DNA from: Octopus bimaculoides
Lineage: Eukaryota
Length of the DNA stretch: 44,714 bases
NCBI RefSeq assembly: GCF_001194135.2
Contig: NC_068994.1
Location: 29,735,731-29,780,444 of the forward strand
Reading direction: 5' to 3'
Part shown: in pieces, positions 1-12,916 of the stretch
How the letters are laid out: every line of letters starts with the position of its first letter
How positions within the stretch are numbered: the first letter of the stretch is position 1
The notes under the pieces: model-generated
Databases searched by the model: none
Seen by the model: the letters and a program-made list of their open reading frames with translations, nothing else
What the model was told of the DNA's origin: nothing
Translations under genes and position numbers: made by a program

Positions 1-519
1 ATTTACATAAGTAAATATCTGCAGGATCATCAGCATAGTCTGTCGATTTATAAAATATAATTTCCAGAACTAGACACAAGACGTCCACCCGAAAGGGAGC
101 ACGTGTAGAGTTCTACAAATTACATTCAGAGTATCCTTTCAAATGTCTTCAATCTGGCGCGCTAAGTCCGGAAATAACTCTGCAGTTAATAAATTTTTGC
201 AGCTAATTTACCGGTTTGAGAACATCGTTATTTTTTAAAATTTATTAATAAGGGTAGAAATTAATATTAATCAATTAAAATCAGTGGTCTAGCATATTAA
301 AAAATCCGAAGATTAAAATTATATTACATACAAAAATAAGAGGAAAGACCAGCAAAAGTGGACTCCTATATGCTAGTAATAGTACGTAGGTTAATCGTTC
401 TTTTTATTTAGTATTTTTTCATTTGTCTTACCCTTTTACAGTCTGTTGTGTCGCTAAATTTTTACTGAGAACATATTTTTCGTGGTTAGATGATTCGGCA
501 TCTATATGTCTGCCTTTAG

Positions 520-3500
520 GTTGCAAAATTGCCATCCCAGTCGAAGTTTTGGTAGGAACCGCGCGGAATACGGTTGTGTATCGCTGCTAATTTCTAAAAC
601 CCGACACATAGAAGCGACAAACACTCACGTGGAACGAGCTCCGAAAGAAATATGAGAAGACAGAGAGAATGTTACCAGGGCAATTCAACTCGGAGCTGTA
701 GAAGTCCTCTTCAAGAGCGAAGCCTTCACACTGAAGCACACCGTATCCTCCATACACAACAAAGAGTTCTCCCTATACCCAACTTATCTATCTAAGGAGA
801 AGGACTTGTCGCAATAAGTCCTACCATGGCTAGACATTTGATGTTTGGTAGCTTGCGTCACGGGACCACAGAAGAGATCCATATCAAAGCGGAGGAGGTG
901 GAAAAAATTCTAGGCCTAATCCACTTGAGAGAAAGAGAGAAAATTTGCGTGGTGCGGTTGAGAGCAGTAAACCAACATGTTACTTCTGCAGTGAGGAGGA
1001 CCACTTCAGAGCTTTTTGTCCTCAACAAAAAGTGAGAGAGAGAAGGCCCTCGCTGCTACCGACTCCGCAGCCCCAACGACAGCAACAGCGCAAAGTAATA
1101 ATATCAGCAGCGGAGGGAAAAGGAAGAATAGTCGCAATGCCAACACCAGCAACGATAGTAACAGCAACAACAACAGTGATACAACAAAATCTAAACCCGC
1201 TTCCCACGAAAATATCCAACCAGACTCCTTCTCTATAACTCTCCCTCCCTCCTCAACTCATAGACACACGTGCAAACACCCTTGTAGACACACTCACTCC
1301 CGCATCAGACCTTTCAGGCGTGAAATGTCATCTTGCGCGGAGGGTCAACCGAGCAAATCAAAACAAAAAGCATCCACCCACAAAAAGATCCACCCGCACA
1401 TAACCACGACCGCATCGCGGAAAACACATCCAAACCGAACACAGACAAATCCATAACTCCACCACCACCAACAACAACAATAACAACAACACCTTTCTCA
1501 ACAAAAAGAAAATATACAGACACAACAATAACAAAGCACCTGCTCCACACTTTGAGCTGACAAGAAACAAACAAATTCTGATGTCCTTTATCACACAAAA
1601 GAGAAAAATTGAAACAGAGGGAGAGGTCTTCGGCCCAACACTTTTTAATTGCCACAAAATTTGAAAATAATAAGGCTAGACTTGGAGACATATATTGAGG
1701 AAGAATCTTCTCTGTGGTGTGAGGAGCCGAACGTATAGGCCAGCAGTAGCCTCCTAAAAGACTTCGCAAGGAAAAGTCAAAGCCCCATTGAGACCGAGTC
1801 ACCCAGTCACCACGACCACAAAATGGTTACTGGTTTCTGGTTTCCTTTTCTCTTTTTTATCTTCATCTTCCAACCAACATGGCTCCTCTTAGAATGGGAT
1901 CTATAAAAAATGCAGATGGTCTGGTGTCACACTGTAAACTAGGTCTCCTAGCCATCGGCGAGACCAGGATTCCCGACACACGCACCTTGGCATCCATTTT
2001 TGACGATTTTGAGTTCTTTGCATATATTACTTAGCTCCGAATGACGATGGAGGTTTGAAGATGTGGCGGTGCTATTTCGGAAGGGTTTGGGACTTGTATT
2101 TACGCCGACTAGGGTAGGGTGTCGGATTTCTTCAGGCGTTTTGCAAATTTTCTTAGGAACGTCTTACTATTTAGTGCTAGTGAGCCACTGGAACGTTATC
2201 TTGGTTGCACGTCTAGATTGTGTGGAGTAGCTGATAGGAGAGTGGGGTGTAAAAGCCTAGCAAAACTGTTCAGTTGTTAGCAACAGGCTGACAGGTACCG
2301 ACTGTATTCCACGCATACGCCAAACTGAACATGGGCAAACAGCATAGTGTCATCCAGATCATATCTGTATAGAGTATTTTGTAGGCCAGTCGCAAAGTTG
2401 TCAGCTATACAGACCTCATAATTTGTGAGCTGTACTGTCAACCTAGATATAATGCATAAACAGGGGCCCGGTTACCGGAAACAGAACGTGTCTTTTTTGG
2501 CGCGCCAATTTACAGAGACCAGATTATAGAACTAGTAAAGAGGGAATTGACAGGGGCAATCATCAACAACCAATGGCGGTTAGCTTTGAAAAGTGCTATT
2601 TGATTAGAATCAATAGGGTTTAGTGATAGAGAATTTAGAGTAGAGCGTAAGCGAGTTAGTAACCTAGAAGAGGCGTTTAGAACAGACATTGTGACTGACG
2701 TGATAGCGACGAGAGTAGCTCTTGACCGATTCTTCAACGCTAAGAACAAAAATTGCATCGTCTGAGCTAGGGCGTGTGTTGAAAAATATAAATAAATAAA
2801 AGCCGTTCGATGGGCCGGAGCGGAAGCGGCACAAATCGGCAACTTAACCAGGCTTTGACGAAACGAAAAGGGCGCATGCTAGTCGATTCCAAGCAGGTTT
2901 GTGCGGCTCTTCAGTGGCACATCACTCAACTGTTTGGGATGGATGGTGGGCTGGATTCAAGGGTGGACTTTGCCGTCAACCTCGATATACTGTCGCGACT
3001 CTCGACTAGGAATACTGAGTTGTGCGAAATGCCGATAACACCTAACGAAATAAGGAAGTAATGACAGGCTGCACGATGGAGAAGTCACCGGGGCTGCATA
3101 GTATGCCCCACGAGCTTTACTATCATATGCCAGACTTGTTTGGGCTCCTTTTATCCCGAACAAGGGAGATAATTCTAACAACTTCTTGCCCATAACTCTG
3201 TTAAATGCAGAGTTGAAAATTTTGGCTAGCTTGTTAGCTAAGAGATTGGTGTATGTTATCAATACGGTGTGTGAGGCAGAGACACGTGCCATACGAAACA
3301 GATTTATCCACGACAACCCCCAGCTCACGTGAGACATCATAAGAAAGTGAGTCGGCATTACTGAGGTCTTAGTAAATTTAGATCAGTCGGAAGCTTTCGT
3401 CAGTAATTGGTGGCTGTCCCCAAGGAGGCTGTCCTCAAGACGGCTGGTTTCGGTCCCGTCTTCAGAAGCTGAATCGCTACAATATACAGTGGTCAGAGCA

Positions 3501-3900
3501 AATGGCTACCTGTCGGAATCTTCGGTATCATGCGATCGTTCGTCAAGGATACTTCCTCTTCTCTCTCTTTAAGTACTGACTCTAGAATCACAAGTGCAGA
3601 AGCTGGAGCTTTTGGGACGCATCTCGCAGAAACTAGGATGTGGAAGATCCGGCTTTGCATTTGTGGATGAAGTCACTGTATTAATATCGGACACCAAACG
3701 CATCAAGGTGATCGGCACTACTCTAAGTGAATACAAGGCGGTGAGAGGATCAAAAACTAACCGGAAGTCATTGAATCTACAGCTCACCATCTAGAGGAGC
3801 AGATCCAAATTGTCCAACAGTGTCGTTGATTGCTGGACAGACAGACGGACTGATTAACCTGCTTGGGGTTGGGTTTGGTTTGGTTTGGTTCTGACTTCCC
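520..3900 (+). mobile_element. Decayed L1/Tx1-type LINE (ORF1 with CCHC knuckle; ORF2 APE endonuclease plus RT), 3'-truncated
   Basis: ORF1 remnant has CYFCSEEDHFRAFC (CX2CX4HX4C, in ORF 945-1238). ORF2 remnants start ~1878: MAPLRMGSI, GETR, VAVLFRKG, GPGY..NVSF, KSPG, NFLPITLLNAELKILASLLAKRL, FIHDN, DQSEAF, VRANGYLS..RS..QG, AFVDEVTV. Many stops and frameshifts. Confidence 0.85.
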
Positions 3901-4030
3901 GTACTAGATGCAGAACATGAGGCAAGAAACTAGATGCAGAGCATGAGGCAAGAATACAAGGAAGTTATGCGGACAGGACCCCTCCCCCACCCCCACCCCC
4001 ATAATGAGGTACTAGGTGGCTGTGACTTAC

Positions 4031-4141
4031 CTATAGTAGTGTTCTTTAGCTGAAAATAATTATTTCGATCACAAAGGGTTGAGTATTCAACATTTTCAAT
4101 ACAATCATCTATTAGTAAACCTGTGAGCGTTTCATCATCAT
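4031..4141 (-). CDS. Host gene exon 8 in window (111 bp, phase 1-1): (H)DETLTGLLIDDCIENVEYSTLCDRNNYFQLKNTTI(G)
   Basis: Minus-strand acceptor tgtttttgtctatctctcttgtacctag and donor gtaagt. Open in the frame continuing from exon 12916-12826. Confidence 0.75.
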
Positions 4142-4212
4142 CTAGGTACAAGAGAGATAGACAAAAACACAACCGTCAGTTTGGTAAATAATCTATGAAA
4201 TAGTAAAACCCG

Positions 4213-4230
4213 GAAAATTCATATATATGC

Positions 4231-4272
<42 letters not shown>

Positions 4273-4380
4273 NNNNNNNNNNNNNNNNNNGTGTGGGTGT
4301 GTGTGTGTGTATGTGTGTGTGTGTGTGCGTGTGCGTGCGCGCGTGTCTGTTTGGCATACACACACATACATATATATACA
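4213..4380. repeat. (GT)n microsatellite containing an N gap
   Basis: Direct reading of the sequence. Confidence 0.95.
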
Positions 4381-4410
4381 TAGAGAGAGATATATAAATC
4401 CCATAATATA

Positions 4411-4625
4411 CCAGGGGTACTGAAAAGTTCCTGGCTTTGGATAAAAGAAAATACAGGAGGATAAGTTAATTATAATTGTATTCAACATATTTCCCTCTCA
4501 GATTCACACAATAATTGCAATGGTCCTTCAGTTTTTCTAAGCCCTGTAAAAAGACTCGGAAAGTTAGGCCTCCAACCAGGCTTTTCTCGATACCCTTAAA
4601 GCCAAGAACCTTTCAGTACCCCTCA
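4411..4625. mobile_element. Mariner-type MITE, 215 bp, TA target duplication
   Basis: Left end TA|CCAGGGGTACTGAAAAGTTCCTGGCTTT; right end (reverse complement) TA|TGAGGGGTACTGAAAGGTTCTTGGCTTT. About 28-bp TIRs, no ORF. Confidence 0.85.
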
Positions 4626-4630
4626 TAAGT

Positions 4631-4962
4631 GCTGTCTTTTTGGCCCTAAGGCCGTATTTTTCTCGTTTCTTATTTATTTCGTCTTTGTCCATCGTCTTAC
4701 ATTTTTTTACTTTCGTATGGCAACTCTTTGTTGTTTTGTTTGTTTCAGGCCTGGCATTCTCCGCGACTTTCGCAGGTACCACCAATATGGAAAGTTCTCA
4801 GTCTTATCATTAATGGTGCGAAACTGAGTATTACCATTTTGGCTGATAACTGATGAAGAATTAGAGAACCCTCTGTGTCTGCTTCCCGTCCGGTTGTTCC
4901 CTCAGTATACGTATACGCTTTTTATCTGTCATTGTTTATTTACAATGCATTTTTCCATTTAT
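4631..4962. repeat. Unclassified ~330-bp repeat, copy 1
   Basis: Aligns by eye with 5722-6040 (ggccctaaggcc...ctgataactgatgaagaattag...gtccggttgttccctcagtatacg...tttacaatgca). Confidence 0.8.
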
Positions 4963-5318
4963 TAAGTAACGGTACGCACGGACACCCGACTTTTTTAAGC
5001 AATAAGTTTATATATATTCTGTGTGACTCTATTCTTGCCTTCAGTCTTTCTCCTTTTCTCGCTCACCCTCTTACTTCTATTTCTAGCCTGTCCACTTTCT
5101 CCTTTATTTTCTCTCTCTATTTGTAACCTTTCTCCCTTCATTTCTTCCCTTGTTTTCCCTCTACTTTCTCTCTGTCACTCTCTCTCCCTTTCTCCTCTAC
5201 CTGCTGCTGACACATGACCCGTGGCCAGCTTTTCTTTTTTTCTCTCCCGTTTTCACACCGGTCACCCAGCCATTCGGTTGCAAAAAAATTCTTTTCTTGC
5301 TATTTCCATATTCTTTGT

Positions 5319-5682
5319 GGAGGCGCAATGGCCCAGTGGTTAGGGCAGCGGACTCGCAGTCATAGGATCGCGGTTTCGATTCCCAGACCGGACGTTGTGT
5401 GTTTATTGAGCGAAAACACCTAAAGCTCCACGAGGCTCCGGCAGGGGATGGTGGCGAACCCTGCTGTACTCTTCCACCACAACTTTCTCTCATTCTTACT
5501 TCCTGTTGTGTCTGTAATTCAAAGGGTCAGCCTTGTCACACTGAATATCCCCGAGAACTACGTTAAGGGTACACATGTCAGTGAAGTGCTCAGCCACTTG
5601 CACGTTAATTTCACGAGCAGGCTGTTCCGTTGATCGGATCAACTGGAACCCTCGACGTCGTAAGCGATGGAGTGCCAACACA
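5319..5682 (+). mobile_element. tRNA-derived SINE
   Basis: tRNA-like head with A-box TGGCCCAGTGG and B-box GGTTTCGATTCC, followed by a non-tRNA body. Related heads at 33595-33698 (-) and 44402 (+). Confidence 0.85.
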
Positions 5683-5721
5683 CACCATATCCTTTATGAT
5701 TTCTAAGCGTTACTCGCCATT

Positions 5722-6040
5722 CCTGCCTTCTTGGCCCTAAGGCCAAATTTTGCTCGTTTCTTATTTATTTCGTCTTTATCCATCGTCTTAAATAACATTT
5801 TTTAAAACTTTCGTATGCATACTCAGTGTTGTTTTGTTTGCTTGAGGCCCGACATTCTCTGCGACTGGGAAGTTCTCAGTCTTATTATTAATGGAGTAAA
5901 ACTGAGTATTACCATTTTGGCTGATAACTGATGAAGAATTAGGGCCCCTCTATGTCTGTTTCCCGTCCGGTTGTTCCCTCAGTATACGTAAACGATTTTT
6001 ATCTGTCATTGTTTATTTACAATGCACTTTTTCATTTATT
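5722..6040. repeat. Unclassified ~320-bp repeat, copy 2
   Basis: Direct repeat of 4631-4962 with indels. Confidence 0.8.
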
Positions 6041-6469
6041 ATATATATATTTATATACATGCGCGCGTGCGTGTGTGTGTGTGAGTATGTGTGCGTGCGC
6101 GCGAATCCATTTGTACGATCGCTTTCAAGTACCGGTAACAAGTAACCCAGTACAACCTGTCGCATGGCCAGGTCGTCGGCAACAAAAATACAAGACCCAT
6201 CAAAGGGCGGATGAGATCATAAGAGTCAACGGCAATCCAAAAGTGTATACATGTGTATTACGTACATGTGAGTGTGTGCGCGCGCACGCGTGTGTATACC
6301 TATATAAGAAAAATATTTTTATGATTTTATACATATAAATTTTACTAACTATTTTAAAAAAACTAATTGAATTTATATTTTTATTTTATATTTTACTTTA
6401 TAAGAGGACACTGAAAAACCTGCGGATGATACAGCTACTAGTCATCTTGCGCCTGTTTGTCATTGATGC

Positions 6470-6741
6470 TTAGCACAAGCATCGTCGTCGGTAACACTTG
6501 TGTCTCAGTTTGGTTTATCTGGTGCCACAGTGATGCTTAAACCTGACATAGCTCAGAAGGCCAAGTCAAGAATGGAAGTCTCAGGCATTGATCGCATGGT
6601 AGGGTGGGTGGTGGTCTTGGCATCAAAGTTCTCACATCCTACGCTCCCGAAGTAAGAGGATGGGATCAAATTTTTCTACCGTTAAGATGGGTGTCCGCTG
6701 GTCGCTGGAGTTGCCGGGTCTTGCGTTGCCGTCTTTTTGAT

Positions 6742-6830
<89 letters not shown>

Positions 6831-9530
6831 CCGTCTTAGGGATGAAGATGATCTTTCAGAAATAAATGTTGACTATACGTTCTTCTGGAAAGGGAAGCCA
6901 AAGGAAACGAAAAAGAGTGGAGTGAGTTTTCCCCTCTAGCCAGAGGTCCTTAAATGACTGGAGCTGCCATATCGTACTGGCAATCGAACTATGCACCTGA
7001 ACGTTCTTCTGTCAAAGGGACGTTTTATGACTGCCATTTCGGTATATGCTCCCACACTGAATATTGGCCAATCATGACTTTTTATCAAGCTTTACGAGGC
7101 TGTATAACATTGATTCGATATGTAAATAAGACCTTGCTACTTGGAAATTTCAATGTACATGTAGAAAGTGACCACAATGTCTGGAGTACTTTAGAACATC
7201 ATGGTATGGGCAAAATGAATACCAATGGAACTTCTTCTGTGAATCTTTACTGAGTTTGAATTAGATGTGTGCAATACTTGCTTTCAACAAAAGGAAATCC
7301 ACAAGTACCTAAGATCTAAGCATGAGCACATCTTAGATGATATCAGTTCTAGAAAAACAGACCTCAGGATATTTGTTCTGTAAGAGCAATGCGTGGTGCA
7401 GAAAGTGCGACAGACCACAAACTTGTACGTGGTAAGATGAAAATGCAGATCAGATGAAAAGCGAGGACAACGTGGGTCAAAGTGCTAAAACATATAGATG
7501 GGTCCAAATGGCAAATTTCAGAAATACGAAATGCTCTTCATAATGCACTTGACAACGTTGTCTTTGATAGAACTTAGGATCTGTTCAGAACGCAGGTTTA
7601 TAATGTTGAGGCCTCAAGAATATCGAAACTAGTTTGATGACAATGGTGCTGCAATCACCAGGTTCATTGAGGACAAATGCCTTGTTGCAGAGGGCCCAGT
7701 GCGGATCATTTTTGAGAAAGCTTTCAAAGAGGTAAAGTCTAAGCTGAAACGCGTAAGATGAAGAATAACTGACGGTGGGATGTGAATTTCAGCGGAAATG
7801 AGGAGATCTTATCACTGCAGAGACTTGAAAGCATCATACAGTCAAGTTTTGTCATACAGTCCTCAAAAGCGGCAACAGTGAAGTCAATAGATGGTAGACT
7901 GAACACTTCAAAGGTTTGTTTAATTACTCATCAGTAGTTGAGGAAATTATTAATGGAATATCGCCAAAGAAGGTTATAAGAGAGATGGTGAATAATCCCA
8001 CCGTTGATGTGACAGGGTCTACTAGCAAAGCGATAAACATAGGAAAAGCTCCGGGTCTGGACGGAATACCTGTTGAACTGAATCGCTCTGAAGGAGAAAA
8101 TATCGGTATGGCCATTTATGAACATGCTCGAATCGGTAGGCAAAGTCCTGCCCAAGGTTTTGTTAAATCAACTAACAAGATGAATCTGTCCTGGCATCAC
8201 CCCTGCGACCCAATATGGATTCAAGGCAAAACGAAGTAGAATAGACAGGATTTTCAATTAATCAGCTTATGGAGAAGTGTAGTGCAACGTGTTCCACTCT
8301 ATCAGGTACTTGTGGATTTTACCAAGCCTTCGATACTGTTAATTGTAGTGCATTGTAGGTCATATTGGGGAAGCTTGAATGACTTCCTGAATTTGTAGGG
8401 ATACTTAAGAAGGTTCATCATAACTTGAAGACAAAAGTGAACCTGAATGGAATGCTTTCAGAACTAATTTCAGTGGGAAAACGATGTCAAACAAAGTGAC
8501 CTGTTAGTACCCACTCTGTTACTCATATACTTTGCCTTGATACTAATACATGGTTTCCAGGACTACGAAATCAATGGTTACGTACGATTTAGAGACTCTG
8601 TCAAAGTCCTCAATCTAAAACGTTTCAACACCAAGTCAAAAAATATTTGATGCTCTTGTCAGAGAGCGCTTTTATCTTGTGGCTTACACAGTAGAAGACA
8701 TGCAGATGATAATGGACATCTCTGATACACGCACTGCATTTGGACTCAATATTAGCATGCAGAAGACAAAGGTCATGTATACTTCACCAGTTGGGAAGCA
8801 TATGTGATTCCTGGCATCATCGTGGGAGGGAAAAGGCTTGAAGTAGTGGACAGCTTTGTGTGTCTTGGATGTACGCTGGCACCCATGATACCGAAATAAA
8901 TCACAAGATTGCGAAAGCGTGTTGCTTATGGGAAACTCAAGCGAGTCTGGTCAGATCGAGATATCATATGAAACATAAAGCTCTCTGCGTATGAAGCCTG
9001 TGTTCTTACAGCCCCGCTATATGGGTGCGAAATGTAGACAACCTATAGACAACATAATGCAGTTGGAGAGGTTTCATCAGAACTGTATCCGACGCATCCT
9101 GAACACCTCTTGCTGCTGCATTTGAGAAAGTGAGCAGCACCAGTATTGAGGAAAGAATAATTTTGAACTAAATGTTTTGGGTTGATCATGTTAGAATAGA
9201 AGATATGGAAAGCTGACCAGAGGGAAAAGGCCACAACATAAACCAATGAAGTGATGTAAGGATGTTATAAAGATCAATCTTAAAGCTTTGAGGCATTGGC
9301 TGAAAATTGTGCACCATGGAGAAAGATTGTTAAGAATATATATGATATATATGATATCTATGAGTCAAAACGAGTGGAGCATGATGCTCTGAACTGTCCA
9401 CGCTGTAATCAAAACTCAAGTACAATACCTGCAGAATTCTATCTGAAATTCAAATGCTATGTATGTGGGCGATTTCTTATTTAAGAGCTGAATTAGCCAA
9501 CTACCTAAACTTATATGAACCGGAGAGAAA
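6470..9530 (+). mobile_element. Decayed, near full-length RTE-clade LINE
   Basis: APE motifs: YTFFWKGKPK, AISVYAPT, LLLGNFN, GMGKMNTNG. RT motifs: GKAPGLDGIPVEL, VDFTK..DTVN, LYGCE, RRIL. C-terminal FKCYVCGR. 6470-6744 is tentatively the 5' part; a (TC)n tract sits at 6745-6825. Confidence 0.85.
6745..6825. repeat. (TC)n microsatellite inside the RTE
   Basis: Direct reading of the sequence. Confidence 0.95.
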
Positions 9531-9653
9531 TCAAGTAGCTTGTGAGATGAGTTCCAGAATCACGTCCTCTGCGGCACATATTAATGCAAGCTTCAATGAA
9601 GGGGTGATACTCTTCTGACAAGAGCGATCAACATATACACACCCATATATATG

Positions 9654-9654
<1 letters not shown>

Positions 9655-9747
<93 letters not shown>

Positions 9748-9797
9748 TGTGTGTGCGTGCGTGAGCGTGTGTACATACGAATGTGTGTGTGTGTGCT
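9655..9797. repeat. (GT)n microsatellite
   Basis: Direct reading of the sequence. Confidence 0.95.
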
Positions 9798-10299
9798 CAT
9801 TGCCTAATAATTTGCATACTTTCTTATTTCGAGTATAGGAAGAGGTTCAGGGGCTCTTGTTATGATTTCCCAGTGTAGAGAGTATTTTATATTTGCTGAG
9901 TTGAAATTAAAGCTGTGCTTATCTAGTCAAGTTGCATTACGTAATTCTTTTTATTTCTGAATCTGTGTTGTAGTGGTTTTTAAGGAATTAAAAGCAAATT
10001 CTATGCAATACCTGGCATTTGCTAATGTAACGATACCGCATCTCTTAGATATCGTTGCATAGTAAACAAGTGAAAGTCATTCTACAGTTATTATTTAAGA
10101 CATTATTTTGTGAAACTGAATCGTGTTCTTATGGGCTTACAATTTTATGATTATCATTTGCTTCTACTTTATTACGAATGCTATTATTACTACTTACGTT
10201 AAGTTCCTGTTGAGTACCTATTTTAGATTACTTATTAGATTTCCTCTATGGGTTGATTGTAGAGTTTGAATTCGTGTGCATTAGGTTCTTATTATTATT

Positions 10300-10940
10300 G
10301 AGTGAGAGAGCAGCGCATGCCATCAAAGTGACACTGGGGTACAAATATACGAAGCCCAATATACTCATCAGGCACATGCATCACAACCATATGTGCGCGA
10401 CATGGTAATCTCATATAAAGATAAACAGTGCAAGACTTCACAGGTGGGGCCCAGATAGAATTTTCTTCAGGTCGAGTAGCCTATCCCGCTCAAAAGGTTC
10501 CTGAATAAGGGTTGTTTAAGGATGTTGAACGAAACACCCATGTTTCCAGAGATTAATTATTTAAATCCAAAGATGCTCTCCCACTACTTCTGCACGCGAT
10601 CAGAGATGCACATATTTTCAGCCACTAAGGGATATGCTCAACTGGTTAATGTCAAACAACTGACAAGCAAATCTGTTGTGTTGAGTAGAATATTTGCTGT
10701 AGCCCATCTTTTACACCAAAACAAAACACGTACATGACTTCCAATCAGTTAAGATCAGAAGCCATGAGAGCCAGTGCCTGGTATTGCATCAGGGCATTAC
10801 CTTCTGAGTTCAAATTCTACCGAAGTCTACTTTGCTTTTCATCCTTTTGGGGTCGAAAAATTAAGTACCAGTAAAACACTGGGGTCGATGTAATCGACTA
10901 GTCTCCCAAAATTTCAGGCTTTGTGCCTTCAATAGAAAGG

Positions 10941-11012
<72 letters not shown>

Positions 11013-11417
11013 GAGTGAGAGAGCAGTACATGCCATCAAAGTGACACTGGGGTACAAATATACGAAGCCCAATATACCCATCATGACTACCCGTCTGATA
11101 AGGGTACACCAGGCACATGCATCACAACNNNNNNNNNNNNNNNNNNNNNNNNNNNNNNNNNNNNNNNNNNNNNNNNNNNNNNNNNNNNNNNNNNNNNNNN
11201 NNNNNNNNNNNNNNNNNNNNNNNNNNNNNNNNNNNNNNNNNNNNNNNNNNNNNNNNNNNNNNNNNNNNNNNNNNNNNNNNNNNNNNNNNNCTGACAAGCA
11301 AATCTGTGGTATTAAGCAGAATATTTGCTGTAGCCCATCTTTTATACCAAGACAAAACGTACATGATAACACTTCCAATCAATTAAGATCAGAAGCCATG
11401 AGAGCCACTGCCTGGTA

Positions 11418-11418
<1 letters not shown>
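10300..11418. mobile_element. Cluster: two copies of a SINE-like repeat (10300-10790; 11012-11418 with gap), a Meta-domain-like SINE fragment (10790-10942) and (ATT)n (10943-11011)
   Basis: gagtgagagagcag..catgccatcaaagtgacactggggtacaaatatacgaagccc starts both copies and gatcagaagccatgagagcca.tgcctggta ends both. The middle fragment has tttgcttttcatccttttggggtcgaaaaattaagtaccag, resembling the MetaSINE core. Confidence 0.75.
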
Positions 11419-11498
<80 letters not shown>

Positions 11499-11505
11499 CA
11501 TTATT
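11419..11505. repeat. (ATT)n microsatellite
   Basis: Direct reading of the sequence. Confidence 0.95.
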
Positions 11506-12728
11506 AGGATAAGAATTACTAGTGTTGATTTCATGCGCTATGTTACTAGCAGGATGTACAGGATTATCATTTCTATTTTGTTTCTTAATTACGTTACCAT
11601 CAGATTGACGACCGTTGTATTGTATTAAAGTTGTAAGATTTTGTATTATTGTTTTCTAAATTCTGAATCTCACTCATTTTGGGGCTATACAGATCTGTAG
11701 AGTAAGTCTGAGAGTTTGTGTTATTTTCTTTTGTGTGTGTGGGTGTGTATAACTTTGATTATACTTCTTCGTTTTACTGGCGTTATAGTATTTATAATAT
11801 TTGCAAGATATGATGTAGAGTAAGCGAATCTAATTGATTACTTATATAAAATGCAATGAAATGCGTGATTTGAAGAAAAGCTTTATAACATAATATATTA
11901 AAGTAAACATTAGTTATATCTGTCCTAGAGCTTTTTTGTGAATGGCGTTTTAAATCATGTTATCTTTAATTTTCCCGTTTTGATATATCTTTATTTTTCG
12001 TGAGTAGTAGCAATTTTTAACCCTTTGTTGGTTTTCTTGAAGATGCGAAGTTTGAATATTCTATTTTAAAAATGTCAAAGTGGATTATGCTAATTCCTTT
12101 CCTGTCGCTTAGGTTAGATAGTGTATTTGGATTAGTATGCACTGGTAATTCGTTTCATCTTTACTCTTACATTTAGCATATGTTCAATTTTATCATAGTT
12201 TTTACTGCTATGTTTGGCTGCGTATTTACCTTCAAAGTTTTTCGATTGACTATTGTCGTTTGTAAGTTTTATTAACTTATTTGTCTACAGGCATATCAGG
12301 GCTTTTATTGTCTTTATTCTCAGATCCACCACCAGCTACATTATTAATGTGGTTGTTAATATTAGATATGATTATATTAGACTTATCATTTCCTCGATTA
12401 TTTGCAATAATTTACGGTTGAGCTGTGTGATGTATTAATATATTTTGCATATTTCTGTGTAGAAATCATGCAAAAATCAGAGTTGTTAGCATAAGGGGTA
12501 GTAATGAACTGAACCTTATCCTCAACACCACTTTTGAACAGAGCACCATTATAATATTCAGAATTATTATTAACTATTTCTACAGTAGAGGCTTGCTTGG
12601 ATAATTTAAGAGAAATATTCTTTACATGATGACCTATATGAGGTTTTGGCTGATTAGATTTTTTGTGCATGCGGTTAAGATGTTCATTAGGAATAATATG
12701 ACAAACTATTCCATTGCTGCTGCTGCCT

Positions 12729-12782
<54 letters not shown>

Positions 12783-12825
12783 TACTTTATGCTAACTACC
12801 TTGATTTGTTTTTTAGTATACTTAC

Positions 12826-12916
12826 GGCAGGTGCTGACAGGATATGTTGCTTGGTGCGCGATATTATGACTTGAAGTCAGAAACGTATACTTTTCTTGCT
12901 CACGAGTCAAAGTAAG
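12826..12916 (-). CDS. Host gene exon 7 (91 bp, phase 0-1): LTLTREQEKYTFLTSSHNIAHQATYPVSTC, second half of a PLAT-like repeat
   Basis: Acceptor ttctatttcttatttttttcttttcag; donor TGCC|gtaagt. Only the phase-0 frame is open. Confidence 0.85.

Larger units (their letters stand above)
9800..12825 (-). pseudogene. Decayed Asn/Ser/Lys-rich coding-like block in the host intron, split by a SINE cluster at 10300-11418
   Basis: Minus-strand translations give protein-like segments, e.g. QYNGRQSDGNVIKKQNRNDNPVHPASNIAHEINTSNSYPNNDNNNN and NNNKNLMHTNSNSTINP*RKSNK*SKIGTQQELNVSSNNSIRNKVEANDNHKIVSP*EHDSVSQNN. These carry in-frame stops and frame switches. Composition alone could mimic part of this signal. 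Confidence 0.4.

Noticed and set aside
1-215. Minus-strand segment reading ...KSTDYADDPADIYLCK, or a next host exon
   Set aside because: Phase-1 acceptor options hit stops within about 14-22 codons, and a lone YADD is not enough to call an RT. Probably a repeat fragment cut by the window edge.
5319-5392. tRNA genes at the SINE heads (also 26896, 33600, 36293, 44402)
   Set aside because: No complete acceptor stem or cloverleaf, and each runs into a repeat body. These are SINE-type heads.
12398-12910. 170-aa minus-strand ORF as a stand-alone gene
   Set aside because: It starts at a TTG inside a spliced exon that has a strong donor at 12825. Treated as exon plus possible read-through.
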